From NCBI GenBank assembly GCA_963776385.1, contig CAVZME010000011.1, forward strand, positions 285,307 through 349,306: a stretch of DNA of 64,000 bases. The letters run 5' to 3'. A program made the translations under genes and the position numbers. A model generated the notes under the pieces. It was not told where the DNA came from. It saw only the letters and a list, made by a program, of their open reading frames with translations, and ran no database searches. Shown piece by piece: positions 1 to 10,383 of this stretch. The DNA is from an uncultured Chloroflexia bacterium. GTDB taxonomy: Bacteria > Chloroflexota > Limnocylindria > Limnocylindrales > CSP1-4. Each line of letters opens with the position of its first letter. Within the stretch, counting starts at the first letter, position 1.

Positions 1-1
1 G

Positions 2-745
2 CCGTTCGGCACGTGGGATTCGACCGACTTCGTCCTGGTCGTGCTGGCAGCCGCGATCGTGGCGCTGGTGGCCGCGGTCATGGGCACGACCTCCCGGGAC
101 CCCGAGCCGCTCGCATTCCTCGAGGCCGCCGCCGCGATGGTCCTTGCGGTCCTCGGCGTCTGGAATCTCATCGAGATCCTGTTCGACCTCGACCAGGACG
201 ACCGTGGCGGGATCATCGGCATCCTGTTCACGATCGCATTGGCGGTCGCCAGCGTGATCGTGCTCGTCGGGGCGATCCGGCGCCTCGGTGGCGTCCGGGT
301 CCTGGGCGTGACCGAAGACCGAGGGGTCGCCGTCGCCAGCGGCGGGCTGATCCTCGTCCTCGTCGGCTGGGCGTTGAACCTGTCGGTCGGCTACTGGACG
401 ATGGCCCAGGCATCGTTGAGCCTGGCCGTTCTGACCGTCGCGACGGCCGTGATCCTCGCCAGCCGGCGGATCGAGTCACCGGTCCCGGTCGCCTGGGCCG
501 GGGTCGTCCTAGCCGTGTTCGGAGCGATCCTTGCGCTCGGCCAGTGGGGCGACCTCATCGAGCTCGGCCGCAAGGAGGTGCAGTTCGGGCTGATCGACTA
601 CCTGGCGTTCCTCGTGTACATCGTCGGTCTGGTCATGATCATCGCGGGTGGCGTGATGTCCGCACTCGAACAGAGACCGATCCACCTCGCGATGGACAAG
701 GCCGAGACCGTCGAACCGGCCGATCGGGTCGGTCCGGTCGAGTAG
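2..745 (+). CDS. Multi-pass membrane protein of unknown function (5' partial)
   Basis: Frame is open from the window start, with about 7 hydrophobic segments and an apparent internal duplication. Confidence 0.75.
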   Translation, partial: PFGTWDSTDFVLVVLAAAIVALVAAVMGTTSRDPEPLAFLEAAAAMVLAVLGVWNLIEILFDLDQDDRGGIIGILFTIALAVASVIVLVGAIRRLGGVRVLGVTEDRGVAVASGGLILVLVGWALNLSVGYWTMAQASLSLAVLTVATAVILASRRIESPVPVAWAGVVLAVFGAILALGQWGDLIELGRKEVQFGLIDYLAFLVYIVGLVMIIAGGVMSALEQRPIHLAMDKAETVEPADRVGPVE

Positions 746-750
746 CCGCG

Positions 751-1875
751 TCAGGCCGAGGCGAACGCGAGCGCCCGTTCGCGCATCGGCGTCCCCGAGC
801 CACCGTACCGCTCGGCGACGATCTCGGCCAGGATCGCCAGCGCGGTCTCGGCCGGGGCGCGCCCGCCAAGGTCCAGCCCGACGGGCCCGCGCAGTCGCGC
901 CAGGTCCGCCGCACTCACGCCCGCCTCGAGCAGCCGGGCGCGCCGGTCCGCCTGGGTCTTCTTCGAGCCGACGGCACCGACATAGCGACAGCCGCGACGC
1001 AGCGCCTCGACGATGGCCGGCTCGTCGAACTTGACGTCATGGGACAGCACCGCGACCGCATCGTTCGGCCCGAGCCCGATCTCCTCGGCGACCTCGTCGG
1101 GCCAGCCGATGACGAGTCGATCGACGTCGGGGAAGCGCTCCGGCGTCGCGAACGCCGCACGACCGTCGACGACGACGGTCTCGAAGCCGAGCTCGCGGGC
1201 GAGCCGCACGAGGGAGCGGGCGACTTCGACGCCACCGACGACGACCAGCCGCGGGCGGACCGGGAAGACCTCGATGAACAGTGAGCGCCCGCCGAGTTCG
1301 ACGGTCCGGGAGAGCCCACGCTTGAGGGCCGTCTGGGCCTCGGCCACCAGTTCGGCGTCCAGCTCCGGGCTGCCCAGGGAGCCGGTCAGGGATCCATCGT
1401 CGGAGACGACCAGCTCGGCCGCGGGCGGTGCGCCGTCGCCCGGCTGATGCTGCCCGAACTCCGCCGGCGGCGAATCCGCCGGGAGTGGCGTGACGACCGC
1501 GGACCCATGTCCACCGGCGCCCACCGACCCGCGTGCCGCCTCGATCACGACGGCCGGCGCGACGGGCTCCACGAGCACGTCGATCGTGCCGCCGCAGGCA
1601 AGGCCGACGTCCCAGGCTTCCTCGTCGCTGATGCCGTAGCGGATGACACGGGCGTGGCCGGTCGCACGTGCTCGGTCGATCTCCTCGGCCGCGGCGCCCT
1701 CGACGCAGCCGCCACTGACCGAGCCGGCGATGCGGCCGTCGGTCGCGTACAGGAGCACGGCACCTTCGGGTCGCGGCGCGGACCCGAAGGTCCGAACGAC
1801 GACGGCGCGGCCGACCGCATCGCCGGCCGTGCCGTCCTCCCCCCATGTCGCGAGCGTGTCGAGCAATTCCTTCAT
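751..1875 (-). CDS. xdhC: XdhC/CoxI (CoxF) family molybdenum cofactor insertion chaperone
   Basis: GSAPR..GA, GSVSGGCVE, GLACGG, YVGAVGS and GPVGLDLGG..PAETALAILAEI motifs. Confidence 0.95.
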   Translation of the reverse strand: MKELLDTLATWGEDGTAGDAVGRAVVVRTFGSAPRPEGAVLLYATDGRIAGSVSGGCVEGAAAEEIDRARATGHARVIRYGISDEEAWDVGLACGGTIDVLVEPVAPAVVIEAARGSVGAGGHGSAVVTPLPADSPPAEFGQHQPGDGAPPAAELVVSDDGSLTGSLGSPELDAELVAEAQTALKRGLSRTVELGGRSLFIEVFPVRPRLVVVGGVEVARSLVRLARELGFETVVVDGRAAFATPERFPDVDRLVIGWPDEVAEEIGLGPNDAVAVLSHDVKFDEPAIVEALRRGCRYVGAVGSKKTQADRRARLLEAGVSAADLARLRGPVGLDLGGRAPAETALAILAEIVAERYGGSGTPMRERALAFASA

Positions 1876-3263
1876 CGCAGTGGCCTCGGAGCGGATGGGT
1901 CGATGGTCTCACCACCGACGACGGAGGGTGGTCCGGCGACGACGGGACCCGCCGATCCGGGGAGTGCCGCGTGTGCGGCGGCCTCGCTCCCACGTCGCGT
2001 GTCGCCGGCCCGGACGCCACCCAGGATCTCGCCGAGTCGCTCGAGCGACGCGACGGTGCCGGCCGGCAGGAAGTCGTCGATGTACGGATACGCCGCGCGC
2101 ATGCCGCCGGCGAGCGGCTGGTAGCCGGGCGTGCCGGCCAGCGGGTTGAGCCAGACCAGCCGGTGGCAGTTCCGCCGGAGTCGGGCCGTCTCGGATGCGA
2201 CGAGCGCCGGGTCGCCGCGGTCCCAGCCATCCGACACGACGATCACGACGCCCGAGGTCCGGAGTGAGCGCCGCGCCCACTTCTGGTTGAACGTCCGGAA
2301 CGATTCGCCGATCCGCGTCCCACCGGCCCAGTCGTTGACCGAATCGGCCACGCGGGCGAGCGCCCGGTCGCGGTCGCGGTCGCGCAGCAGCCGGGTGACG
2401 CGGGTCAGGCGCGTCCCGAACACGAACGATTCGGTTCGAACTTCCGACGCCGCCGACAACGCCTGGACGAAGCGCAGCAAGAGCCGCGAGTGGCGCTCCA
2501 TCGACCCCGAGATGTCGCACAGGACGACGAGCGACCGTGGTTCGCGGATCTGTCGCCGCCAGACCCACGAGACGAGCTGGCCGCCGGTGCCCAGGTTCTG
2601 TCGGAACATCGCGCGCGGCGCCAGCCGCCGGCCATGCGAATGGAGCTCGTAGCGGCGCGTCCGGCGGCGTTCCAGGCGCGGGACCAGCAGGTCCACCAGC
2701 CGTTCGGCTTCGCGCAGCTCGGCGGGGGTCATCCGGTCGAATTCGCGATGGCGCAGCACCTCGCCCTGCGAGTAGGCGTCGGGCGAGATGATCACGCCCT
2801 CGATCGGGGCGTCCTCATCCTCGTCGGTGCCTTCCTCGGATGGGATCGGGACGCCGCGCTCGTCCGGCGCCATCTCGGTGCGGTCCTGGCCGGCCTCCGG
2901 CGGCGCGGCGCCGGGCGCCTCCTCCTCGAGCAGGGCGTCGTCCTCGGTCTTGGGCAGGGTCGAGGGCATGAACTCGTCCGAGAAGCGCGATCTGCGCTGC
3001 CGCCACCAGCGATCGAACGCCGCGTCGTAGACGGCCCGATCGTCCCGCCGCCGGACGAAGACGGCCGCCCCGGCGGCGCGGACCTGCTCGCGATCGGCGA
3101 TGTCGACGAGCGTCAGGGCACGCGCGAAATCCACGGCTGCACCCAGGTCGATCGAGAGATGGGCCGCCCGGAGCGACCGTCCGAACCCGACCGCCTCACC
3201 CAGCAGTCGTCGCCCATCGACCTCGGGGCCGTACGGAGCGCGGACGATGGCGGGATCGGTCAC
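1872..3263 (-). CDS. coxE: CoxE-like VWA domain protein
   Basis: LCDISGSM MIDAS motif, WAGGTRIG, SDGWD, LVWLNPL; GTG start at 3263. Confidence 0.93.
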   Translation of the reverse strand: MTDPAIVRAPYGPEVDGRRLLGEAVGFGRSLRAAHLSIDLGAAVDFARALTLVDIADREQVRAAGAAVFVRRRDDRAVYDAAFDRWWRQRRSRFSDEFMPSTLPKTEDDALLEEEAPGAAPPEAGQDRTEMAPDERGVPIPSEEGTDEDEDAPIEGVIISPDAYSQGEVLRHREFDRMTPAELREAERLVDLLVPRLERRRTRRYELHSHGRRLAPRAMFRQNLGTGGQLVSWVWRRQIREPRSLVVLCDISGSMERHSRLLLRFVQALSAASEVRTESFVFGTRLTRVTRLLRDRDRDRALARVADSVNDWAGGTRIGESFRTFNQKWARRSLRTSGVVIVVSDGWDRGDPALVASETARLRRNCHRLVWLNPLAGTPGYQPLAGGMRAAYPYIDDFLPAGTVASLERLGEILGGVRAGDTRRGSEAAAHAALPGSAGPVVAGPPSVVGGETIDPSAPRPLR

Positions 3264-3282
3264 GGATCTGTCCTCGGGCCGG

Positions 3283-4201
3283 TCAGCCGGCGGCGCCGGC
3301 CTCGGCGAGATAGCGGCGCGTCCCGTCGCCGCGGACCTGGCGGATGTCCTCCTCGTACTTGAGGACGACGCCGAGCGTCTCGTCGACGAGATCGGGGGCG
3401 AGTTCACGCGCGCCGAGCGACAGCAATGCCGCCGCCCAGTCGAGCGTCTCGGCGATGCCCGGCACCTTGGTCAGGTCCGCCTCGCGCAGGCGATGGACGA
3501 ACGCGACGACCTCGCGCGCCAGCCGCTCGGGCGCGGCCGGGACGCGGGCGAGGACGATCTCGTATTCCTTCTGCGCGGTCGGGTAGTCGATCCAGTGGTA
3601 CAGGCAGCGACGCTTGAGCGCGTCGTGGACCTCGCGCGTCCGGTTCGAGGTCAGGATGACCCGCGGCGGCGTCTCGGCCTTGATCGTGCCGATCTCCGGG
3701 ACCGTGACCTGGAAGTCGGACAGGATCTCGAGCAGGTAGGCCTCGAACTCCTCGTCCGCCCGGTCGATCTCGTCGATGAGCAGGACCGGCGCGACGCCGT
3801 CGGTCGACTTCGAGCGCCTGGAGGAGCGGCCGGCGGATGAGGAAATCGGCCCCGAAGATGTCGTGTGCGGTCGCGTGCTCGGCCTCACCGCGCGCCTCGA
3901 GCAGCCGGATCTCGAGCATCTGGCGCGGGTAGTTCCACTCGTAGACGGCGGTGTTGACGTCGAGGCCCTCGTAGCACTGGAGCCGGATCAGCTTCGTGCC
4001 GAGCGACGTCGCGAGGACCTTGGCCAGCTCGGTCTTGCCGACACCGGCCTCACCTTCGAGGAGCAGCGGACGCCCGAGCTCCAGGGCGAGGAAGACCGCG
4101 GTCGCGAGCGAGCGGTCGGCGATGTAGTCGCGCGACCGGAAGTCGTCCTGGATCGCCTCGATGGAGCGGGTGCCGGCGGGTCGCGTGTCGCGGTCGGTCA
4201 T
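3283..4201 (-). CDS. coxD: CoxD/MoxR-type AAA+ ATPase (frameshift near 3810)
   Basis: GEAGVGKT Walker A and RLQCYEGLD in one frame; LLIDEIDRADEEFEA and HDALKRRC in the next. Confidence 0.93.
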
Positions 4202-4300
4202 CGACGGAATCTACACGCCCAGCCGTTCTTCGGGGCTGAAGTCAGGCTGGCACACTGGCGCCGTATCCGGGAGCCGACCGGGCGACCGAATCAGAGCCCG

Positions 4301-5345
4301 CTACCCGTCCGGAGCGTCGAGCTCGCGCGCGTAGGCCGGGAACCGGAAACGCTGGCTGCGGGTCAGGATGCCGCCATGGCCGAGCTTTGCGACCGTCCGC
4401 TCCGTGGGACCCTCGCCCGACAGGAGGCGCGGCAGGAGCAGGTCGGCCGCGGTCGCCTTCGAGTAGGCGCCACAGGTCGGCAGGCCCAGGATCGCCGTGC
4501 TGCCGATCCGGGCGAGCCAGAGCATCGAGCCCGGGTGGGCCGGGACGCCGCGCCGGACGACGCGGCCGCCGAGCGCTGCGATCGCCACGAAACAGGCGTC
4601 GAGCGGGTCCGTGCTGGCGGCGCCCGCGGTCAGGATGAGGTCGACCGGATCGGGTCGACGGACGAAGCGCGGCCATGGCGGCCTCGACGACGTCCGCATC
4701 GTCCTCGACATACTCGATACCGACGATCTCCGAGCCGAGGCCTTCGATCTTGGCGTGGACGCTGGCCTCGAAGCGCTCGCGGGCGATGCCGCGGACCGAT
4801 TCCTTGACGATGACCCCGACCCGGCGCCGCAGGAACGGCGCGACCCAGACGAGCGGGTGGCTCCCGAAGCCGGCCAACCGTGCCCCGGCGTCCACGGTCG
4901 CCGCGTCGACCAGGTGGGGCGCGATCTTGACGCTCGCGACGAGGTCGCCCTGTGCCACGACCTGGCCGTCGAACGCCGTGAAGACCTCGAGCGGGTCGAT
5001 CCGATTGAGGCGTTCCAGGTCGGCGACGCGGACGTTCAGCACCCCGTCGGCCTCGGCGTGGAGGTCGACCCGGCTCTGGGCGGGCGCGCTGATCGTGAGG
5101 CCCGGGCCGGCCACGGCGGTCGCCAGGCGGATCGCGGCATCGTCCTCGTGGAGCTCGCCCGGTTCGGGGACGAGGACGCTCACCGGCTCGTCGGGGTCCG
5201 CGGCGGCGAGCGCTGTCAGGTCGGCCGCGGTGAGCCGCCGGCCCTTCGACCAGCGCTCGCCGGACACCGTGAGGTCGCGTGCGAGGACGGCCCCGGCGAA
5301 ACGCGCGGGCACGCGCCGCCCCGGGGTGACGCGATGGACCTGCAC
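4301..5345 (-). CDS. Molybdopterin-binding (MoeA/CinA-like) protein (frameshift near 4670)
   Basis: LHEDDAA..LA, SRVDLHA..DG, GVPAHPGSMLW, ILGLPTC; sits in the cox operon. Confidence 0.85.
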
Positions 5346-5376
5346 GCGTGGTGGCTGGAGATCGGTCCCGGCGGAC

Positions 5377-6219
5377 CTAGCGCCCCAGCGCGGCCTCGAT
5401 CGCGCGACGTGTGTAGACGACAGCCATGTGGGTCCGATAGTCGCGGTCGGCGTGGATGTCGCCGTTGACGGTCTGGCCGTCGGACGCGTGCTCCGCCGCC
5501 GCGGCCACGGCCGCTGGTGACCCGTCGCTCCCGAGCAGCGCCGCCTCGACGGCCTTCGCCCGGTACGGGTGCTCCCCCACCCCGGTCAACGCGACGCGGG
5601 CATGGGTGATGGAGCCACCGGACGATGCGATGACAGCCGCGACACCGACGATCGAGTAGCCGGACGCCGGCTGGGCAAGCTTCTTGTAGGCGCCCTGGGC
5701 ACCCGCCGGGATCGGACCGCGCCGGATCGCGACGAGCAGTTCGTCGGGTTCCGTCCTGGTCTGGAACGCGCCCTCGAAGAAGCCATCGAGGGGCACGACC
5801 CGCTCGCCGCGGACCGATCGCAGGACCGCGCTGTAGTCGAGGGCGAGCGCGATCGCCGGCAGATCGGAGGCCGGGTCGCAATGAGCGATCGAGCCGCCGA
5901 CCGTGCCCCGGTTCCGGACCTGGACGTCGCCGATGCTCTCGACGCCGGCGGCGACCCACGACAACTTGGTGCCGGCGATGATGTCGGCGTACGTGGTCAG
6001 CGCACCGACCTCGTAGCCGCCATCGGGAAGCTCGCGCATGCCGCGGAGCTCGGTCAGGCGGCCGATGTCGACGAGCGTGTCGGCGCTCGCCAGCCGCATC
6101 TTGAGGAGCGGCAGGATGCTCTGGCCGCCGGCGATGATCTTGGCGTCCCCGCCCGAGATCGCCTTCAGGGCGTCGTCGACCGAGGCCGGCCGCTGGTACT
6201 CGAATGCTGCCGGGATCAC
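5377..6219 (-). CDS. coxM: Molybdenum hydroxylase FAD-binding medium subunit
   Basis: [30 protein letters not shown]; GTGA overlap with the coxL stop. Confidence 0.95.
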   Translation of the reverse strand: MIPAAFEYQRPASVDDALKAISGGDAKIIAGGQSILPLLKMRLASADTLVDIGRLTELRGMRELPDGGYEVGALTTYADIIAGTKLSWVAAGVESIGDVQVRNRGTVGGSIAHCDPASDLPAIALALDYSAVLRSVRGERVVPLDGFFEGAFQTRTEPDELLVAIRRGPIPAGAQGAYKKLAQPASGYSIVGVAAVIASSGGSITHARVALTGVGEHPYRAKAVEAALLGSDGSPAAVAAAAEHASDGQTVNGDIHADRDYRTHMAVVYTRRAIEAALGR

Positions 6220-8618
6220 GCCTGGCCTCCCTTCGCGGACTGCATCGCCCGCCACACGGTCTGCGGCGTGTACGGCATGTCGAGGTGTCTGATGCCGAGC
6301 GGCCCGAGCGCATCGATCACGGCGTTGGCGACCGCGGCCGTGCTCGCGATGGCGCCGGCCTCGCCGACGCCCTTGACCCCGATCGGGTTGACCGGTGACG
6401 GCGTCACGGTCTCATCGAGCTCGAGATTCGGGAAGAACGATGCGCGCGGCATCGTGTAGTCGAGCATCGAGCCCGTCAGCAGTTGTCCCTCGTCGCTGTA
6501 GATCGCGCCTTCCCAAAGGGCCTGCCCGACGCCCTGGGCGATGCCGCCGTGGAGCTGGCCGTCGACGATCATCGGATTGATCTTCTTGCCGACGTCATCG
6601 ACCGCGACGTACCGGACGAGCTCGACGTGTCCGGTGTCCTCGTCGATCTCGACGATCGCGATGTGGGTCCCGAACGGCCAGGTGCAGTTCGGCGTGTCGT
6701 AGTAGGCCGTCTCGTCGAGATACGGCTCCATCCCTTCCGGCGGATCGAAGGCGAGATCGAGCGCGAAGGCGATCTCCTGGATGGTCTTGACCCGGTCCGG
6801 ACTGCCCTTGACGAAGTAGTTCGCGCCATCGATCTCGATGTCGTCGACCGACGCTTCGAGCATGTGCGCCGCGAACTTGCGCGCCTTCTCGCGGATCTTG
6901 GCCGACGCCTTGATCGCCGCGGTCATCCCCACGGACGACGTGCGACTGCCGTATGAGCCGTAGCCGAACGGGGTCCCCTGGGTGTCCGAGTGCTGGACGA
7001 CGATGTCCTCCATCGGGATGCCCAGCTCGTGCGACACGACCTGTGAGTATGTCGTCTCGTGGCCCTGGCCCTGGGGCTGGGTGCCCATCGTGACGACGGT
7101 CTTGCCGGTCAGGTGCATCTTGATGTTGGACGACTCCCACATCGCGGCACCCCAGCCCTCGCCGACCGCGCCGATCCACTTCGAAGGAGCGACGCCGCAG
7201 ACCTCGATGTACGTGGACAGGCCAACGCCGAGCAGCTTGCCCCGCGCTTTCGCGTCCGCCTTCGTCTTCGCCATGTCGGCGTAGCCCGCGATCGCGAGCG
7301 CCTTGTCCATGGCCGGCTCGTAGTTCCCGGAGTCGATGTAGATCTTCGCCCCGCCCGAGGCGGTCCCGAGCCCGGATGGGTTCTCGTACGGGAACTGGTC
7401 CGGGGCGATGAAGTTCTTGCGTCGGAGCTCGGCTCGGTCCATCCCGATCTCTGCCGCGAACAGGTCCATCGCCCGCTCGATGACGTAGGTCGCCTCAGGC
7501 CGGCCGGCACCGCGGTACGCGTCCACGAACACGGTATTGGTGTAGACGCCGGTCACCTCGGCGTAGACGTTCGGGATCTTGTAGCAGCCCGACAGGACGC
7601 GGGCGTAGAGGGTCGTCGGGATGCCTGGGCCGATGGTCGACAGGCGGCCACCGAGGTTGGCCAGGGTCTTGACCCGCAGCCCGGTGATCTCGCCGTCGCG
7701 GTTGCCCGCGATCTCGAGGTGGGTGATGTGGTCACGGCCGTGGATGGTGCTCTGGTAGTTTTCGCGCCGGCTTTCGATCCACTTGACCGGCCGGCCACCG
7801 AGCGCCTTGCTCGCGAACAGGACCAGGGCGTAATCGGGGTAGCAGAAGATCTTGGTCCCGAAGGCGCCGCCGACATCCGGGCTGATGCACCGGATCTTGT
7901 GCTCCGGGACGCCCATCACGAAGGCGGCAAGCAGGAGGCGCTGGATGTGCGGCGTCTGGCTCGACATCCAGATCGTGTACTCGTCGGTCCCCGGGTTGTA
8001 CCAGCCGATGTTGCCGCGGACCTCCATCGGGTTCGGGATCAGGCGCTGGTTGACGATCCGCTGGCGGACGACGACCTCGGCGTCATCGACCGCGGCGTCC
8101 GTGCCCGCCTTGTCGCCGACCGACCACTCGAACACGATGTTGTTCGGGGCGTTCTCGTGAAGCTGCGGCGCGCCCGGCTCGATGGCCTTGTCGGCCTCGA
8201 CGACGGCGGGCAGGGGCTCCCAGTCGACGACGATCGCATCGAGGGCGTCGAACGCCTGGGCCTCCGTGTCAGCGACGACCGCGGCGACACCCTCGCCCGT
8301 CCACTTGACGCTGTCGGTGGCGAGGGTCCGCGGGGTGCTGACGTTGTTCTGGATCCCGGCGCTGCCACCGGCCGGCCAGGCCATCGGCATCGGGTTGTAC
8401 GGGATGTCCGCGCCGACGTAGACGGCTGCGACGCCGGGCATGGCCTTCGCAGCGGAGATGTCGATCGAACGGATGTTGGCGTGGGCATACGGGCTGCGCA
8501 GGATGGCCATGTGGGCCATCGAGGCGAGCTTGATGTCGTCGACGTAGTTGCCGGCACCGGTGATGAAGCGCGGGTCTTCGACCCGCTTGATGCGCTCGCC
8601 CAGGACGTCGGTGGCCAT
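6216..8618 (-). CDS. coxL: Molybdenum hydroxylase large subunit, CoxL form II type
   Basis: [16 protein letters not shown] active-site loop, [27 protein letters not shown]. Confidence 0.93.
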   Translation of the reverse strand: MATDVLGERIKRVEDPRFITGAGNYVDDIKLASMAHMAILRSPYAHANIRSIDISAAKAMPGVAAVYVGADIPYNPMPMAWPAGGSAGIQNNVSTPRTLATDSVKWTGEGVAAVVADTEAQAFDALDAIVVDWEPLPAVVEADKAIEPGAPQLHENAPNNIVFEWSVGDKAGTDAAVDDAEVVVRQRIVNQRLIPNPMEVRGNIGWYNPGTDEYTIWMSSQTPHIQRLLLAAFVMGVPEHKIRCISPDVGGAFGTKIFCYPDYALVLFASKALGGRPVKWIESRRENYQSTIHGRDHITHLEIAGNRDGEITGLRVKTLANLGGRLSTIGPGIPTTLYARVLSGCYKIPNVYAEVTGVYTNTVFVDAYRGAGRPEATYVIERAMDLFAAEIGMDRAELRRKNFIAPDQFPYENPSGLGTASGGAKIYIDSGNYEPAMDKALAIAGYADMAKTKADAKARGKLLGVGLSTYIEVCGVAPSKWIGAVGEGWGAAMWESSNIKMHLTGKTVVTMGTQPQGQGHETTYSQVVSHELGIPMEDIVVQHSDTQGTPFGYGSYGSRTSSVGMTAAIKASAKIREKARKFAAHMLEASVDDIEIDGANYFVKGSPDRVKTIQEIAFALDLAFDPPEGMEPYLDETAYYDTPNCTWPFGTHIAIVEIDEDTGHVELVRYVAVDDVGKKINPMIVDGQLHGGIAQGVGQALWEGAIYSDEGQLLTGSMLDYTMPRASFFPNLELDETVTPSPVNPIGVKGVGEAGAIASTAAVANAVIDALGPLGIRHLDMPYTPQTVWRAMQSAKGGQA

Positions 8619-8634
8619 TTCGTACCTCCTCGGC

Positions 8635-9129
8635 CTACGCGCTCGCCGCCGCGCCGGACCGCATGGTCTCGGCAGCGTGGCGGATCGCGGCGACGATGTT
8701 CTGGTAGCCGGTGCAGCGGCAGAAGTTGCCTTCGATGGCATGGCGGATCTCGTCGTCGGTCGGGTCCGGGTTACGCTCGAGAAGGTCGACCGCGGTCATG
8801 ATCATGCCCGGCGTGCAGAAGCCACACTGCAGGCCGTGCTTCTCCCAGAACGCGTTCTGCATCGGGTGGAGCTCGGCGCCGTCGGCCAGCCCTTCGATGG
8901 TCAGGATGTCGGCGCCGTCGGCCTGGACGGCGAGCATCGTGCAGGACTTGATGGCCCGGCCATCGACGTGGACGGTGCAGGCACCACATTGGCTCGTATC
9001 GCAGCCGACGTGGGTACCGGTCAGGTCGAGATCCTCACGAAGAGCCTGGACGAGGAGCCGTCTCGGCTCGACATCGAGCTCGTGAGGCGTCCCATTGACG
9101 ACGAACGCGATGTGTTCGCTCACGGACAT
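8635..9129 (-). CDS. coxS: Molybdenum hydroxylase 2Fe-2S small subunit
   Basis: [29 protein letters not shown]. Confidence 0.96.
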   Translation of the reverse strand: MSVSEHIAFVVNGTPHELDVEPRRLLVQALREDLDLTGTHVGCDTSQCGACTVHVDGRAIKSCTMLAVQADGADILTIEGLADGAELHPMQNAFWEKHGLQCGFCTPGMIMTAVDLLERNPDPTDDEIRHAIEGNFCRCTGYQNIVAAIRHAAETMRSGAAASA

Positions 9130-9260
9130 GATCCTCCTGCGGCGCGCGTCGGTTTGGATCGACCAGTCTGTCGCTGTCTTTGAAGCCCTCCGGACCGCGC
9201 CGCCAGCCGGTGTCAGGTGGTGGAGCGGTCGAGCGATGGTGGCACCGACGCGCTACGGAA

Positions 9261-10137
9261 TCAAGTCGGATCCTGCCCTCGACGCGGCGGACGCGACGAT
9301 CCCGGCTCGACGCGGCCGAGGGCGGCGGGACGGCTGCTGACGGCGCGCGGATCGAGGGCCGTCGAGCCGTGCATCCGGCGGCAGTCCGATGATCCGCAGG
9401 GCGTCACCCAGCCGCGCCATCTTCGCCAGTGCGACGGTCCACGGCAGGTGGGCGAGCGACGCGGCGGTGGCCAGCCCGACCCGGGCCGGGCCGCGACCTT
9501 CGGTCGATGCGGCGTAGCCGGCGGCCCAGAGCAGGGTCTCGGGGCCGTCGGCCGAGTCAGCGGCGACCGGCAGGGCGCCGCAGATGATCCCTCGGTCGCC
9601 GGGCGTCGCGACGACGAGCTTCCAGTTGTCCGGTCCGGCGATGAGGTCCACGGCGAGGCTGTCGTAGGGCGCAGCGAGGATGGTCTCGATGCCGGCGGCG
9701 TGGGCATCGCCCCCGGTGATCGCGAGCGAGAGGTGCGTGCCGGCAACGCCGTCGAGCAACCGGAGGTGGGATTCGCGGAAACGCGCGCGTTCCGCGGCGT
9801 CCTCGCCGATCCCGGTCGCGGCCGGTTCGTGGATCTCGATCAGCGGGCAGCCCGCAGCGGCGAGGGCCCGGAGGGTGACGTTCAGGCGGTCGATGCCGTC
9901 ATGGTCCAGGTCCGTGGAAAATGGCCCGGCCACGACCTGCTTGACGGACCGGTCCGTCAGGCGGGCCGTCGCGAGCCACGCGTCGACGGGATCCTGATCG
10001 GCGAGCAGCCCGCCATCGGTGATCGGGTCGAGGCCGGTGTCCTCCTGGGCACGCACGACCGCCTCGAGCAGTGCCCCTATGGGTGCGTCATCGGGCAGCG
10101 GTGGTCGCGGCAGAGCCCCGAGCAGCGTGGCGAACAT
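9261..10137 (-). CDS. MetE-like (cobalamin-independent methionine synthase fold) single-barrel protein lacking Zn ligands (frameshift near 9365)
   Basis: TLLGALPRP...VRAQEDTGLDPITDG N-terminus, AGCPLIEIHEP, ASLAHLP...AKM C-terminus. Confidence 0.7.
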
Positions 10138-10383
10138 CAGACTCCTGATCTCGTCAGACCCAGGCAAGTTTGCGGCCGCGTCGGCCGACTCGGTGCAACT
10201 GTCATGCATCCGATGCATCGGACCACCGCCTGGACCCCAGAAACGGAGAATGCCGCCGACGTTGCATGCAGCCCACGCAAGCCTCCCACGTGGTTGGCGA
10301 GTGTGACACACGCGATTCGCCGTCGGGTCCCCATCCGCGGTTGCTAGGATGGCGGCCATGTCCCGACCCGGTCCGGCACGAAC

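Noticed and set aside
6216-8618. Genuine aerobic CO dehydrogenase
   Set aside because: It has AYRGAGR rather than AYxCSFR, and the gene order is S-L-M.
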